In this document: positions 40,881 through 53,945 of the stretch, one piece after another
Numbering within the stretch: position 1 is the first letter of the stretch
How the letters are laid out: every line of letters begins with the position of its first letter
Assembly: GCA_951406725.2 (NCBI GenBank)
Contig: OX597823.1
Location: 42,842,001-42,906,000 of the forward strand
Length of the DNA stretch: 64,000 bases
Direction: 5' to 3'
From: Octopus vulgaris
Taxonomy: Eukaryota
Notes under the pieces: generated by a model
The model's input: the letters and a program-made list of their open reading frames with translations, nothing else
Database searches by the model: none
What the model was told of the DNA's origin: nothing
Translations under genes and position numbers: made by a program

Positions 40881-41274
40881 TGGTTTGTTTTTTTGTGCGC
40901 CTAGGTGTGCGTCAGTGTCCATGTGTATACAAATATGTATGTATGCGTGTTTGTGCGTCTTGCCTAGATATATATATATATGTATGCATGTGTGTACGTT
41001 TCTATGTTTGTATTCTGCATATTCATGTACTTGTGTGTGCGCGTTTATGTGTTTGTATTTTGTGTATGTGTGTGTGTGTTTATTTGTGTGTGTGTTTGTT
41101 TATTTGTGTGTGTACCTCTGTCTCCATGTACATGCGTCTGTTATGCATATGTGTATCTCCATATGATTCCTTGTTTATGTGTGTAGAGTGTGCGTGTGTG
41201 TTTGCTTGTCTGTCCGTATTACCTATGTACCTATTAATCTCCTTATCTGTCTGTTTGCCTACGTATCCATTTAC

Positions 41275-41973
<699 letters not shown>

Positions 41974-42043
41974 ATATATATACTTATATATATATATCTT
42001 ATGTATGCATCTATGTGTGTGTATACATATATATGTGTATATA

Positions 42044-42107
<64 letters not shown>

Positions 42108-42173
42108 GGTCCCGGGTTGATTCGGGGTTAACCACAGTAAATAAGGTACTCAATACATAGCAGAGTAAAATTA

Positions 42174-42293
42174 ATTTATTATATAGAAGGAGCTTCTACA
42201 GGACTAGAACTGTTTCATTCAAGAGAAATCTTCAGTCCTGAAGATTTCTCTTGAATGAAACAGTTCTAGTCCTGTAGAAGCTCCTTCTATATA

Positions 42294-42299
<6 letters not shown>
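42174..42299. repeat. Perfect 62-bp-arm palindrome (2-nt spacer); each arm starts with an HHR-like core
   Basis: Arms 42174-42235 and 42238-42299; CTGAAGA-tTTC-tctt-GAAt-GAAAC reads outward from the centre on both strands. Confidence 0.9.
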
Positions 42300-42353
<54 letters not shown>

Positions 42354-42367
42354 GTATATATACATAT

Positions 42368-43140
42368 AAACAAGGCCAAAGTCATGGACTTCCACGGAGT
42401 ATCAAAGACAAACATCGGGTTGACGCGCAACTCGTTCAAGGAAATATACACACATCTGTCGTCACTCAAGGAAATTAAAAAAAGACACACGATATCCCTG
42501 TCCAGTATGTCTACATTGAAAGAAGGTGGAGTAAGCAACCTCTAGATATCATTGAGCATTATTACTAAAGCCAGAACATACTGGAGATGGTGTACAAAAT
42601 GTGAGCTTTGCATTACTGAAAATCTAAACATCATCCAATCAAAAGATTGCATCTTACGCTCCGAGATATTAAAGCGGAACCACCACCCACTCCAACGATC
42701 CTATCAGGATAGATTTTTTTCTCTGAACGTGGCCATTAAATACATAGATCATACGAAATCCACACGTAGAAGTCACATGCCCTCATGATGAACTACCTCA
42801 ACACACAAACATAAGATCATTACACACACCCAGGATATAACATAATATAAAACAAACTTATTATTCCGTGCAATGTTTTCTAAAATTCAAGTCCAAAGCA
42901 ACCCTTGGTTTCTTGTTTTATAACCAAAAATTCACGCCAGGCATAATCGTGAATTCCTATGTTTTTTCGTGTTTTAATCTAAAATGGAGATGAACACCAT
43001 TCCTCCATGTGATCGACTTGAAAAATCGTTAACATATGAAGATACTTTCTAAGCATGAAACCAATGGTAGCCTTACATAAATAAAGAATCCTTATTCACC
43101 AAAGCAGTGTTGAACACTCACTCTCATGTTCGATATTTAA
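42368..43140 (+). mobile_element. Penelope-like element 3' part: decayed GIY-YIG endonuclease plus pLTR with a decayed HHR
   Basis: KAKV....SKTNIGLTRNSFKE.Y.H.SS....K...ISLS...SIITKARTY....KCELCITE...I...RSEI; aTGAAGA...aagca-t-GAAA-CC-aat-GGTA at 43036-43069. Confidence 0.8.
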
Positions 43141-43184
43141 GTATATGTACATACATACATACATAATACATACATAATACATAC

Positions 43185-43270
<86 letters not shown>

Positions 43271-43739
43271 GGAGATATTTCGGGAGTACGCAGGACATTA
43301 TCTAATTTACCTAATGCAGCATTGAAACGTTTAATGTAAAATGTAAAATGATGGAGAATTGTCGGGTTATTTCAGAATATAATTACTGTTCTATTTTACA
43401 ATATGTATTAGATGTGTCAGGTGAAGGAGAAAATGCTATTCATATTACGGAAATAATTTAAGAAATGTATATGATTGCATTAGGCTATCACCTTCAAGGA
43501 GTAATTTCACTATAGTCATTTGGATTGTTTTAAATATAAACCATGGGTTATGTTATGATATTAGAATAATTCAAACATAGAATAATTTCTCAATGTACAT
43601 GAAGCAGAGAAAGAGTTTACGTAATCTATCGTATAACAGTGCAGCTCGACTACATTTTAGGTTGATGTATAGGGATGTTTAATAAATGTATAGGAATCTT
43701 ATATGTATGGAGAGGTTAGATCTATCTCTCGCCATGTTG

Positions 43740-43915
43740 AACCACTGAACTCAATACGTTTCTTCTTCATCTATTTATTTTCTCGTATTCCTTTCTATCG
43801 ATGAGCATAGGATCGAAACACGTAAAAGACTTTTCATTTTCCCCGAGTGCCAAACCAATACACTAATTGTTCCTACACCTGATTACGTCCTTCTTTTCCT
43901 ATAAATTTGAACTAT
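43740..43915 (+). mobile_element. Short repeat relic with a decayed HHR-like core
   Basis: cttt-cta-tcgatga-gcataggatc-GAAAC-ac-GTA-aaag (43791-43828); cttt/aaag could form stem I. Confidence 0.4.
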
Positions 43916-44509
43916 ATGGATAATTTATGGTCAAAGGATCAAATAGATAATGTATAAAGATGTTAAATAAATGTATGGGGATGGTTTATACAAACATACG
44001 TAGACGCATACATAATACATACATATATACATACATATCATTAGATGAAAAACACTTATAAAAGAAAAATTCGAAGGCTACCTATGGGACACGATAACCC
44101 AGCTTCTGTAAATATGATATGCCAGTAGTTCTACCATAGCAATAAAAGCTTTCCTACTTACAATCCTAACCAGCGATAATTGTAAGTTGTTGACGTCAAA
44201 CAATGTAGACTCTTCAGCTTTCTCTATCCACACCATTTTGACGCTATTTTATTTATATAGTTTCTCTACTTCTGGTTTTACATTACACAAAAAGAACTAT
44301 TCCACCTTTTCCCGAAGATTCTATTTGGTTGTCAAGAAGATTCTTGCGGAATTTTAAATATTGGTTTTAAATTATGTATTTTCAAATTAATTATTAAATT
44401 ACTTTGACTTTATATATAATTTTAAAGCCGGATTTTCGCTCTATCTAATCGTGTTAGACTTTTTCTTTTTGAATGATTAGGCCATTTTTTCCAGAACGTT
44501 GAATACAAC

Positions 44510-44656
44510 ATGGACAAAATGCAAATTCGCACAATTTTCTTATTCCTGTTCAAGCTAGGCCGAAAAGCTGTTGAAACAGTTCGCGATATCAACGATGCGT
44601 TTGACCCAGGAACCACTAATTAATGTCCAGCACAATGGTGGTTCAAGAAATTTCGT
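44510..44656 (+). mobile_element. Mariner (cecropia/Hsmar1-like) transposase N-terminal fragment
   Basis: [48 protein letters not shown], truncated by (GATA)n. Confidence 0.85.
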
Positions 44657-44675
44657 AGGTAGGTAGGTTTGTGTG

Positions 44676-44794
<119 letters not shown>

Positions 44795-44929
44795 GGATAG
44801 ATGGATGGATGGATGGATGGATGGATGGACAGATAGATGGATAGATAGATGGATAAATAGATAGATGGATTGATGGATGGATGGATGGATAGATAGATTG
44901 ATAGATAGACAGACAGATAGACAGACATG

Positions 44930-44960
<31 letters not shown>

Positions 44961-44961
44961 G

Positions 44962-45019
<58 letters not shown>

Positions 45020-45079
45020 TATAGATAGATAGATAGATAGATAGATAGATCTTTGTATGTGTATGAGAGTGTGTGTGTG

Positions 45080-45445
45080 TGTAAAAAAATTTTGCTTCCC
45101 ACCAAAGTTCAGTTCCACACTTTGGCCAGTGTCCTCTTCTGTAATCCCGAGCCGATTATACATTTGTAAGTGGATTTGGTAGACGGAAACTGAAAAAAAT
45201 GTGTGGTATATATGCATGTGTCTGTGCATGAGTGCGAGTATTTATGCGTGCGCGTGTGTATGGGTATGGGAGTGTGCATGCCTTGCTGTTTGGCACTCAC
45301 TATCGCTTGACAACAGGTGTTTAGGCCCCAGTTATCAAGCGGTTCGGCAAAAGGAAACCGTTTCAATAAGTAGTGGAGTCAACTCGTTCGACTAAATCCC
45401 AGCATGGCTGAAGTCTAATGTCTGAAAGGAGTAAAAGATAAAAAT
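45080..45445 (+). mobile_element. SINE family B, degenerate
   Basis: gtggatttggtagacggaaactgaaa...gcggttcggcaaaag...tctgaaaggagtaaaagat. Confidence 0.78.
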
Positions 45446-46225
45446 GTGTACACGTATATCTTTATATACACATGCACTATATGGATGGATGGATGGATGG
45501 ATGGATGGACAGATAGATGGATAGATAGATGGATGGATGGATGGATGGATGGATGGATGGATGGATTGATGGATGGATGGATGGATGGATGGATAGATAG
45601 ACAGACAGATAGCCGGACATGTAGATAGATAGATAGATAGATTGATAGATAGATAGATCTTTGTATGTGTATGAGGGTGTGTACATACATATATACATAC
45701 ATATATATATATGTGTGTGTGTGTTTGTGTGCGTGCGTGCGTGTGTGCGTGCGTGTGTGTGTGTGTGTGTGTAATATACGTCTGTGTGATTGTGAGTGTG
45801 TGCGTGTTTGTCCTGATGGATTCGTTTTTATATATTCCATTTCTGTTAATATGCTTTTTGTTTGTATTTCTAGTCAAAAGACTGTATTCTTTGTTTTTGT
45901 GTTGATCTCTGTTCCTCTCTGTCTGTTTGACGTAAATATTTTTCCTTGTCGTATATAGTTTTCTGTCATGTTTTTAGCGTTTAGACTGTTTTTTGTATTT
46001 TCCTCTTCTTGTTTACAATTACTGTCGTTTTTGAAACGAGTGGTTCTGCGAATTATATGCGGCAAAATGATATTGACACCGAATTCTGCAGTTCACGTAT
46101 TCTTCTCCGTGTTCTTCTGTATGTGAGTGTGAGAGGGGAGATGACTGTTTCTCATGTTGTTTCACGCATATTTACATACACGAAACATAGGTGAACACAC
46201 AGAAACACGCACATACACATCCATC

Positions 46226-46265
<40 letters not shown>

Positions 46266-46338
46266 AGAGGAAAAATTATAAAAAGTCAGAATACTAAATT
46301 GAAGGTAAATTTTGATAAAAATGGGTGGTATAATATAT

Positions 46339-46398
<60 letters not shown>

Positions 46399-46983
46399 CA
46401 AATGCTACAGATATCAATATGGAACGAAAGAAATAAGATAACTGTTCTCAATCAAACTCTCTGAATAAGACCTTAGGAAACACTGCGAAATGTTTCCAAA
46501 AATTCCGACCTCGTCAGTATGTTTTGCTAATTTAGACTAATGGATTGCATTCCTTGTCTGAAGTGCATTTTATATAAGTAAAACAGTCGTTATCAGGCTG
46601 ATTAGTGCCAGGAATATCTTGTCGACAGAAATATGCTTTTTGAAAACTGAGGCCTACCATTTCAAAACACCTGGGTACTTTATTACTACATTATTGGCTC
46701 TAGGATTCACTGATAGTTTAGTCTGAAGGTGACTTGCCAAGCATTCGTTCCACCAAAATATTTCCTCTCATCTGATATGAAAACTCGCCTCCAAGTTCTC
46801 TTACCTACTCCTATTCAACTAGCATTCTGTATTAAACATCGACGCTTCATATTAATCTGTCTGATCTTTTGCAGCTGTGTTGTGTGCCATTTAATATGTT
46901 AGTGGTCCCTTGGGCTTCGTGCCACATCCCCAATCAGGCCACTCTTCTCTTTTGTCAGCTTGAATCTACATAGATAAAATCAT

Positions 46984-47434
46984 CCTATTTCTTTACTACC
47001 CACAAGGGGCTAAACACAGAGAGGACAAACAAGGACAGACAAACGGATTAAGTCGATTATATCGACCCCAGTGCGTAACTGGTATTTTATTTATTGACCC
47101 CGAAAGGATGAAAGGCAAAGTCGACCTCGGCAGAATTTGAACTCAGAACGTAACGGCAGACGAAATACAGCTAGGCATTTCGCCCGGTGTGCTAACGTTT
47201 CTTATTTCTTTATTGCCTACAAGGGGCTAAGCATAGAGGAGAGAAACAAGGACAGACAAACGGATTAAGTCGATTATATCGACCCCAGTGCGTAATTGGT
47301 ATTTAATTTATTGACCCCGAAAGGATGAAAGGCAAAGTCGACCTCGGCGGAATTTGAACTCAGAACGTAACGGCAGACGAAATACAGCTACGCATATCGC
47401 TTGGCATGCTAACATTTCTGCCAGCTCGCCGCCT
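46984..47434 (-). mobile_element. Head-to-tail dimer of SINE family A
   Basis: Complete unit 47202-47434 followed on the minus strand by a unit lacking about 20 nt of head (46984-47201); the two units are highly similar. Confidence 0.92.
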
Positions 47435-47681
47435 CCTTCTCCTTTTAGATATTAACATACATTTAAAATACATCGTAGAAAACTGTACAATATACTAGTA
47501 GTAACTGATGGAAGGGAATAGAATTGCAGCTTCTATAATATATCCTTTTATCTATTGAAATTGCAGGATTATTAAAGAATGGTTCGTAATGGATACAAGA
47601 TGCCACCTACATAAAACTGAAAGCTGCTGGACAAACGAAAACATAAACTGTATAAATCTGGTGAAACTAGCCAATTCTTAC

Positions 47682-47726
47682 ATTACAATAAAGTAACATG
47701 TATGATAAGGAGAAACGAAAGTAATC
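47682..47726 (-). CDS. Possible 45-bp internal exon (phase 2-2 reading ITFVSPYHTCYFIV)
   Basis: Strong acceptor ttttttttgtcttctttcttcag and donor AT|GTAAGA; frame ambiguous (phase 0 is also open). Confidence 0.4.
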
Positions 47727-48265
47727 CTGAAGAAAGAAGACAAAAAAAAATCTTGAGACTTTAAGAAGTGTGATATGAATAAGAGATAATAGATGCGTAA
47801 ATGTGTAATGCCACTAAGAAATGGCACTATCAAAACTAGGTATTCGAAAATTACCAAAAGAACAATTTTAAGAATGCAAGTAGTACGGGCTAGCAACGAA
47901 ATAATAACATATCAATAATCTCCTTCTGAAAACAATTTTACATCAAACATGATTCTCATTTACTGATGGGAAAAGTCTCGAGATTGTTAAAAAGTGAAGT
48001 AGTACCGATAGCTCATTTCAATATATTACACAAATGTACGAGTTTAGTTTTCCTTGTGGAAAACTACACGCGCACTCACTCGCATACGCACACACATTGT
48101 TTGATGCGTTTATGTGTTGATGTATACAAACACAAATTAGCATTAAACAAAAGGATTATTCAATACATTTCAGAAGAGTACATATTTACTAAACTTTTAC
48201 AAGAAGTTTGACAATGGCTTCGACTATCTAAAGCTAAAAGTAACCTATGTAAAGCATTGCCTGAC

Positions 48266-48381
48266 AAATTTTACTTCGGCGTCAGTGGTGTATCTGTTAT
48301 AACACCAGTGACAAAGAAGACATTACCAGTTTACAATATTTGAAGAAAGGATTATTATTATTATAATTAGTAGCAGTAGAT

Positions 48382-48457
<76 letters not shown>

Positions 48458-48635
48458 CAGCAGCAGCAGTAGCAGTAGCAGCATATGCAAATATTGTCGA
48501 CTGCTGATGTCTTCTTGGTCGCTGGTGCTACAACAGATACACTACTGACACCGAAGTAAAATTTTACTTCGGCTTCAGAGTTGTATCTGTTATAGCACCA
48601 GTGACCAAGAAGACATCACCAGTTTACTATATCTG
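48266..48635. repeat. Three copies of a ~75-bp unit (forward, reverse, forward)
   Basis: Copy 1 at 48266-48342; copies 2 and 3 form a palindrome 48488-48635 centred on ccgaagtaaaa|ttttacttcgg. Confidence 0.88.
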
Positions 48636-48697
48636 TATATGTTACTACTACTGCTGCTGCTGATGATGATGATGATTATAATTGTAATAATAATACT

Positions 48698-48907
48698 CCT
48701 TTCTTCTATAGGCACAAGGCCTGGAATTTTGCGAGAGGGGGCAAGGCGATTACATCGACCCAAGTGCGTAACTGGTACTATTTTCATCGACCTCGGAAGG
48801 ATGAAAGGCAAAGTTGACCTCGGTGGAATTTGAAATTAGAACATAAAGATGGACGCAATGCCGCTAAGTCTTTCGTCCGGTGTGCTAATGATTCTGCCAT
48901 CTCACCG
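48698..48907 (-). mobile_element. SINE family A
   Basis: ggtactattttcatcgacctcggaaggatgaaaggcaaagttgacctcgg...tgctaatgattctgcca. Confidence 0.88.
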
Positions 48908-49142
48908 ATTTTTTTTATAGCTATTAAAAATAAATTGTTATATGTGTCAAAAACCACAACATTGTTGCTGGTTGCTCAGTTCTTGCTACTACAGAATAAA
49001 AAACCAAGCATGTTAGAGTTGGCCAATACTCACACTGGAGCATATGCCGTCACTATGAGGAGAAGAAGAAGGAGAAGAAGAAGAAGAAGAAGAAGAAGAA
49101 GAAGAAGAAGGGGAGGATGGGAGGGGGAGGGGAGGAGGAAGA

Positions 49143-49396
49143 ATACTGTATGGAATTCGGGAGGGTAATGTAAAATTGATACCAGTGGCGATCTGAGCGC
49201 TGAGCTGAATCTCATTGAAAATTCAAGACTTCTTAAGGCAACTAGACATCCCATGCAAGATTGATGTCTTGCAAAAAGCAGTTTTGTTGGTCACAGTGCA
49301 CATCTTATGGAAAGTAGTATCTGTCTGAGGTCCTTGTTATGACTTGGCAGATGACTAAAGACTCCGGTGCATTTTTATCTACACTGTGTCGCGAAG

Positions 49397-49397
<1 letters not shown>
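49143..49397 (+). mobile_element. Short 3' end of an R4/Dong-clade LINE with (AAT)n tail
   Basis: VKLIPVAI*AL..I......L.QL.I.....VLQKAVLL.TVHILWKVVSV*, the same terminal motif as 33169-33580. Confidence 0.8.
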
Positions 49398-49470
<73 letters not shown>

Positions 49471-49482
49471 GATGATTTATGA

Positions 49483-49516
<34 letters not shown>

Positions 49517-50132
49517 GGTGGTGGTGATGGTGATGGTGATGATGATGGTGATGATGATGATGATGATGATGATAGTATGCCCTGATGCAGTACCAGACAG
49601 TGGCTCTCGTGGCTTCTGATCTTAACTGATTGGAAGTGTTATCATGTACATTGTTATGTCTTGGTATAAAAGATGGGCTACAGCAAATATTCTGCTCAAT
49701 ACCACAGATTTGTTTGTCAGTTGTTTGATCTTAACCAGTTGGCCATGTACCTTAATGGCTGACGATATGCGCATCTCTGATCATGAGCAGAAGTAGTGGG
49801 GGAGCATCATAGCGGTGTGTTGAAAGGAATTCTTAGAGGTTTGGATAATTAACCTTTGGAAACATGGGTGTTTTGTTCAACATCCTAAAGCAACCCTTAT
49901 TCAGGGACCTTTTGAGCTGGATGGGCTACTCGACCAGATGAAAATTCTAACTGGGCCCCACGTGGAAGTTCATGTGCCGTTTATCTTGATATGAAATCAC
50001 CATGTCGCGCACATATGGTTCTGATGCATGTGCCTTGTGTACCCTTATCAAACGGGTAGTGATGATGGGTATACTGAGCTACGTATATTTTACCCCATTG
50101 CCACTTTGATGGCATGCACTGCTCTCTCACTC

Positions 50133-50199
<67 letters not shown>

Positions 50200-50205
50200 T
50201 AATAA

Positions 50206-50417
50206 TCTTTCCTACTATAGGCACAAAGTCTGAATTTTGGGGGAGGGATAAGTCAATTATATCGTTCCCCGTATCAACTGGTACTTAATTTATCGACCTT
50301 GAAAGGATGGAAGGCAAAGTCGACCTCGGCGGAATTTGAACTCAGAGCGTAGCAATGGGCGAAATACAGCTAAGCACTTCGTCCATCGCGCTAACGATTC
50401 AGCCAGCTCGCGACCTT
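50206..50417 (-). mobile_element. SINE family A
   Basis: ggcaaagtcgacctcggcggaatttgaactcag...ctaacgattcagccagctcgc. Confidence 0.9.
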
Positions 50418-50427
50418 CAATAATAAT

Positions 50428-50503
<76 letters not shown>

Positions 50504-51149
50504 GTAACAACAACAACAACGACAACAACAACAGAGAGATGCTCGCTAATTTCCCTAATCAGACTATTGCATAATATGATATCTAATTGGAAAAGCGCCA
50601 ACTATTTATTGTCAAGTCCTGTCGAATGATTGACAAATACCTCATTAGCGAGATAGTATTATATGACGAAAAGAGACAAAATATATAAATAGAATAAAAC
50701 AAATGAACTTCTTTCACTCATTATAGAGAAAAGAAATATAAACAAACTGATTTATTCATGTAGTATAGATTTACCAAACTTTCGGACATTGCAAATATGT
50801 AAATAAATTGATGCATATAATTAAACAAAATGAATAACCGATATGTATTTCAAGACGTTGGTATTTCCTGTTATCATTTTCTTATATGATTGTTCGCATG
50901 TTTTTTATCTATCGATTGAGATCACACCAGAGAGTAGAACAAAAAGTGAAAGAGAAATCACAGATGGGTAGACGTGACTAGCTACCTGGTTAAAATGCTC
51001 GCTTTCTACTATACGATATTGGGTTGAGTCATATTGTCAGGTATTCTTTATGTCATATATTCCTTAGCTTAATGGTACAGAGCGCTCGTCCGGAATTTTA
51101 GAGCTACAGTGTTCGTTCATCTGAAGAGGTTTCCTGGCCTAATTTTATG

Positions 51150-51935
51150 CCTAGGTGCGATTGTGTAGTAGGAAGCTTGATTCCCAAGCACGTGATTTTA
51201 GGTTCAATTCCACTGCGTGGGACATTGGGCGAGTGCTCTCTAATATAGCCTCAGGTCAACCAAAACCTTGTGAGGAGATTTGGTAGACGGAAACTGAAAG
51301 ACGTTCGTCGTATGTATGTATGTATGTATGTATGTATGTATGTATGTATGTATGTATGTATGTATGTATGTACGTATGTATGTATGTATGTATGTATGTA
51401 TGTATGTATGTATGTATGTATGTGCGTGTGTGTGTGACAACATGTCTTGGTGCGTTTACGTCTTTTAACTTAGCGGGTCGGTAAGAGAGGCCGATAGAAT
51501 GAGTACTAGGCTTTAAAAAATGTATTGCAATTGATTCATTCTTGAAGGCGGTGCCCCAGCATGACCACAATCTAATGACTAAAAGAATGACAAGATAACG
51601 ATGAAAGATAGTATAGCCCAGGGATGACCAATGCCTGAGGAGTGAATTAAGCAGACTGAAACTGTGCGGAAACCCGTCGTATATATACACGCACACATGT
51701 ATATGCATGAATCTATGTGTCTTTTTGTCTGGTTCCGTCACCCTATCATCACTTGGTAACCAGCGTAGATTCCTTTATGTCCCCATAATTTCGTTGTTGG
51801 TAAATGAGTCCGATAGAATATGTACCGGATGTTTTTTATGAAAAAAAAAAAGCAGAATCACTGACTGAGGTTGTATCTTTTTTCCTACTAAAACCCTTCA
51901 ATGCAGTGTTCCAGGCTGGCCACATTTAGTGACTA
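51150..51935 (+). mobile_element. Two tandem SINE family B copies (second 5'-truncated and decayed)
   Basis: ggttcaattccactgcgtgggacattgggcgagtg...gatttggtagacggaaactgaaag; second unit from about 51612. Confidence 0.78.
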
Positions 51936-52644
51936 AAAATTGTTTTTAAAATAACAGATAAACATTATCAAAATATTCATTATTTGATTATTCAGATGAT
52001 TGTGGAGGATACACCAGCCAATATGTAGAGAGTGGTCTGCTGCTCCTGCTGACGATGATGCTGACGACGAAGACGAAGACGACGACATCGACGGTGACGA
52101 CGACGACAACGACGGCGGCGACGACGACGACGACGATGATGGTGATATGAAAATGTAACATGAACGTAGCAAACAATAAAATATCATTGTAAAATAACTC
52201 TTCAAATTGATGTGACAACATTTAATGGAAGGATAATATGGAGTCCTAAAAGATAGACAGAAGGATTATATCTCCTTTTTTTTGTATATCTGGCGATTGT
52301 ATAGATAATTAAGTGTATTCCAACAGTTGATTGAAACAGAACACATTAACCCTATAGGAGCCCGAGAGTTAAGCAGAACGTGTGTAAATTCATGCATACC
52401 CGTGAGGGTGCATGTGCTTATAACGCGTGAGTGTGCGTGTATATATATACCTCTCTCTCTTCTCTCCCCACGTGACCGGTGTTCGGCCAGGCCTGACCTT
52501 TCTTTCTTGGTACAACTGCCATCCGTTTCAACATCTATATACTTTCCTGTACCTATTAAATCCTATGTCCCTGCCGTAAGGCTTTACTTCCACACACACC
52601 AGCTTAATCTAATTCGTCCTGAGTCGAAAGACACCTGTTGCTAT

Positions 52645-52925
52645 GTCGTATTAATTGCATCTGTATTTGTGTAACATTTCTCTGTTTCTTTTTTCGTCCT
52701 TGTTTTCATATACATTCACTGCTTTCTTCCAAGGAATCTAATGCTCTTAGCTTATTTTTTCCTTGGGGCTGGTCAAATTGGAGCAATCTCGGGTTTAACC
52801 AGCCGAAATTGCAAAGATAATCTAGAAGTCGACTGAGGATAGAAAACTACGAATGACACGTTCTTGTTTTCCGTGTATCGTCTGTCTGGATATTTTGGAT
52901 GTTTTGCGTTCTTGTCCCATTATTG

Positions 52926-52930
<5 letters not shown>
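52645..52930 (+). mobile_element. Repeat family F next to (TA)n
   Basis: Homologous to 40310-40625; carries CTGAGGA-TAG-aaaa-CTA-c-GAAT. Confidence 0.8.
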
Positions 52931-52973
<43 letters not shown>

Positions 52974-53445
52974 ATACATATAAAAGGGATGACCTGTAAG
53001 TGAACATCCATTATGCAAGAAGAAGATCCGCTACTGTCTAACCACTAAGAAAGGAATGCTCTCAAGAAGATTTAGCAAAACGCCAGAACGTAAGCGAGCA
53101 AGACAAATGAAAAGATACAAAATATAGATTAATCACAAACCCAATTTCGTTGCTAATGATTTACGTAATCATTTACTTAATTATCCACAGACTCTTCATT
53201 ATGATCGTCTTAGCAACTATGATTTGCAGAACAATACACGAGACGTTTGCATGAGATTGAACATGTATACATGTATACATGTATACATGTATCCAGTTTT
53301 ACCAATTGGTAAAAATATGTATGTTATATAATTTTTTTGAAACTCCAGATTTTTAAATATGTTAGACCACTGGTTTTAAATTGATATTAAGTTAATATTC
53401 AATTTTTCACCCTTATTTTAAATTTAAATTTATATATATATATAC

Positions 53446-53504
<59 letters not shown>

Positions 53505-53510
<6 letters not shown>

Positions 53511-53945
53511 TAAATAAATGGAGTTGAACGCAGATGTTATTCAAATTCTTTTACTTTCGACATATGTTTCGAAGACAACATTGGTTTTATTCCAAAGGAA
53601 TAAACTGTGTAAAATAATACAATCTTATCAGGAAAGAAAGAGAACCTATCTCAACAACAAGACATTATAACAGTTTTGCATTATTTTACGCAGTTTATTC
53701 CTTTGGAATAAAACCAATGTTGTCTTCGAAACATATGTCGAAAGTAAAAGAATTTGAATAACATCTGCGTTCAACTCCATTTATTTACTTATACTATACA
53801 AATTACTGAACATTAACCCGGCGTTTCTACTTTTGAAGAGGTCGCTACATCCTTGTTACTTGCGGGAATTTTGCTACCCTGGTAACTGTTTATTGAATTT
53901 TCCATGTTAACGGTAAACAAAGGATAATTCATTCATTCACCCATT
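53505..53945. mobile_element. Penelope-type fold-back insertion in (TA)n
   Basis: 118-bp inverted arms 53505-53622 / 53676-53793 (2 mismatches), 53-bp spacer, ~150-bp tail. Confidence 0.82.
53554..53636 (-). ncRNA. Type I hammerhead motif with a G8-to-A core change
   Basis: Minus strand: CTTTC-CTGATAA-long stem II-c-GAAAC-ATAT-GTC-GAAAG; 5-bp stem I, palindromic stem III ACATATGT, GUC triplet. Confidence 0.7.

Noticed and set aside
46488-46522. CTGACGA...GAAAC on the minus strand
   Set aside because: Stem II and stem I do not pair; not called a hammerhead.
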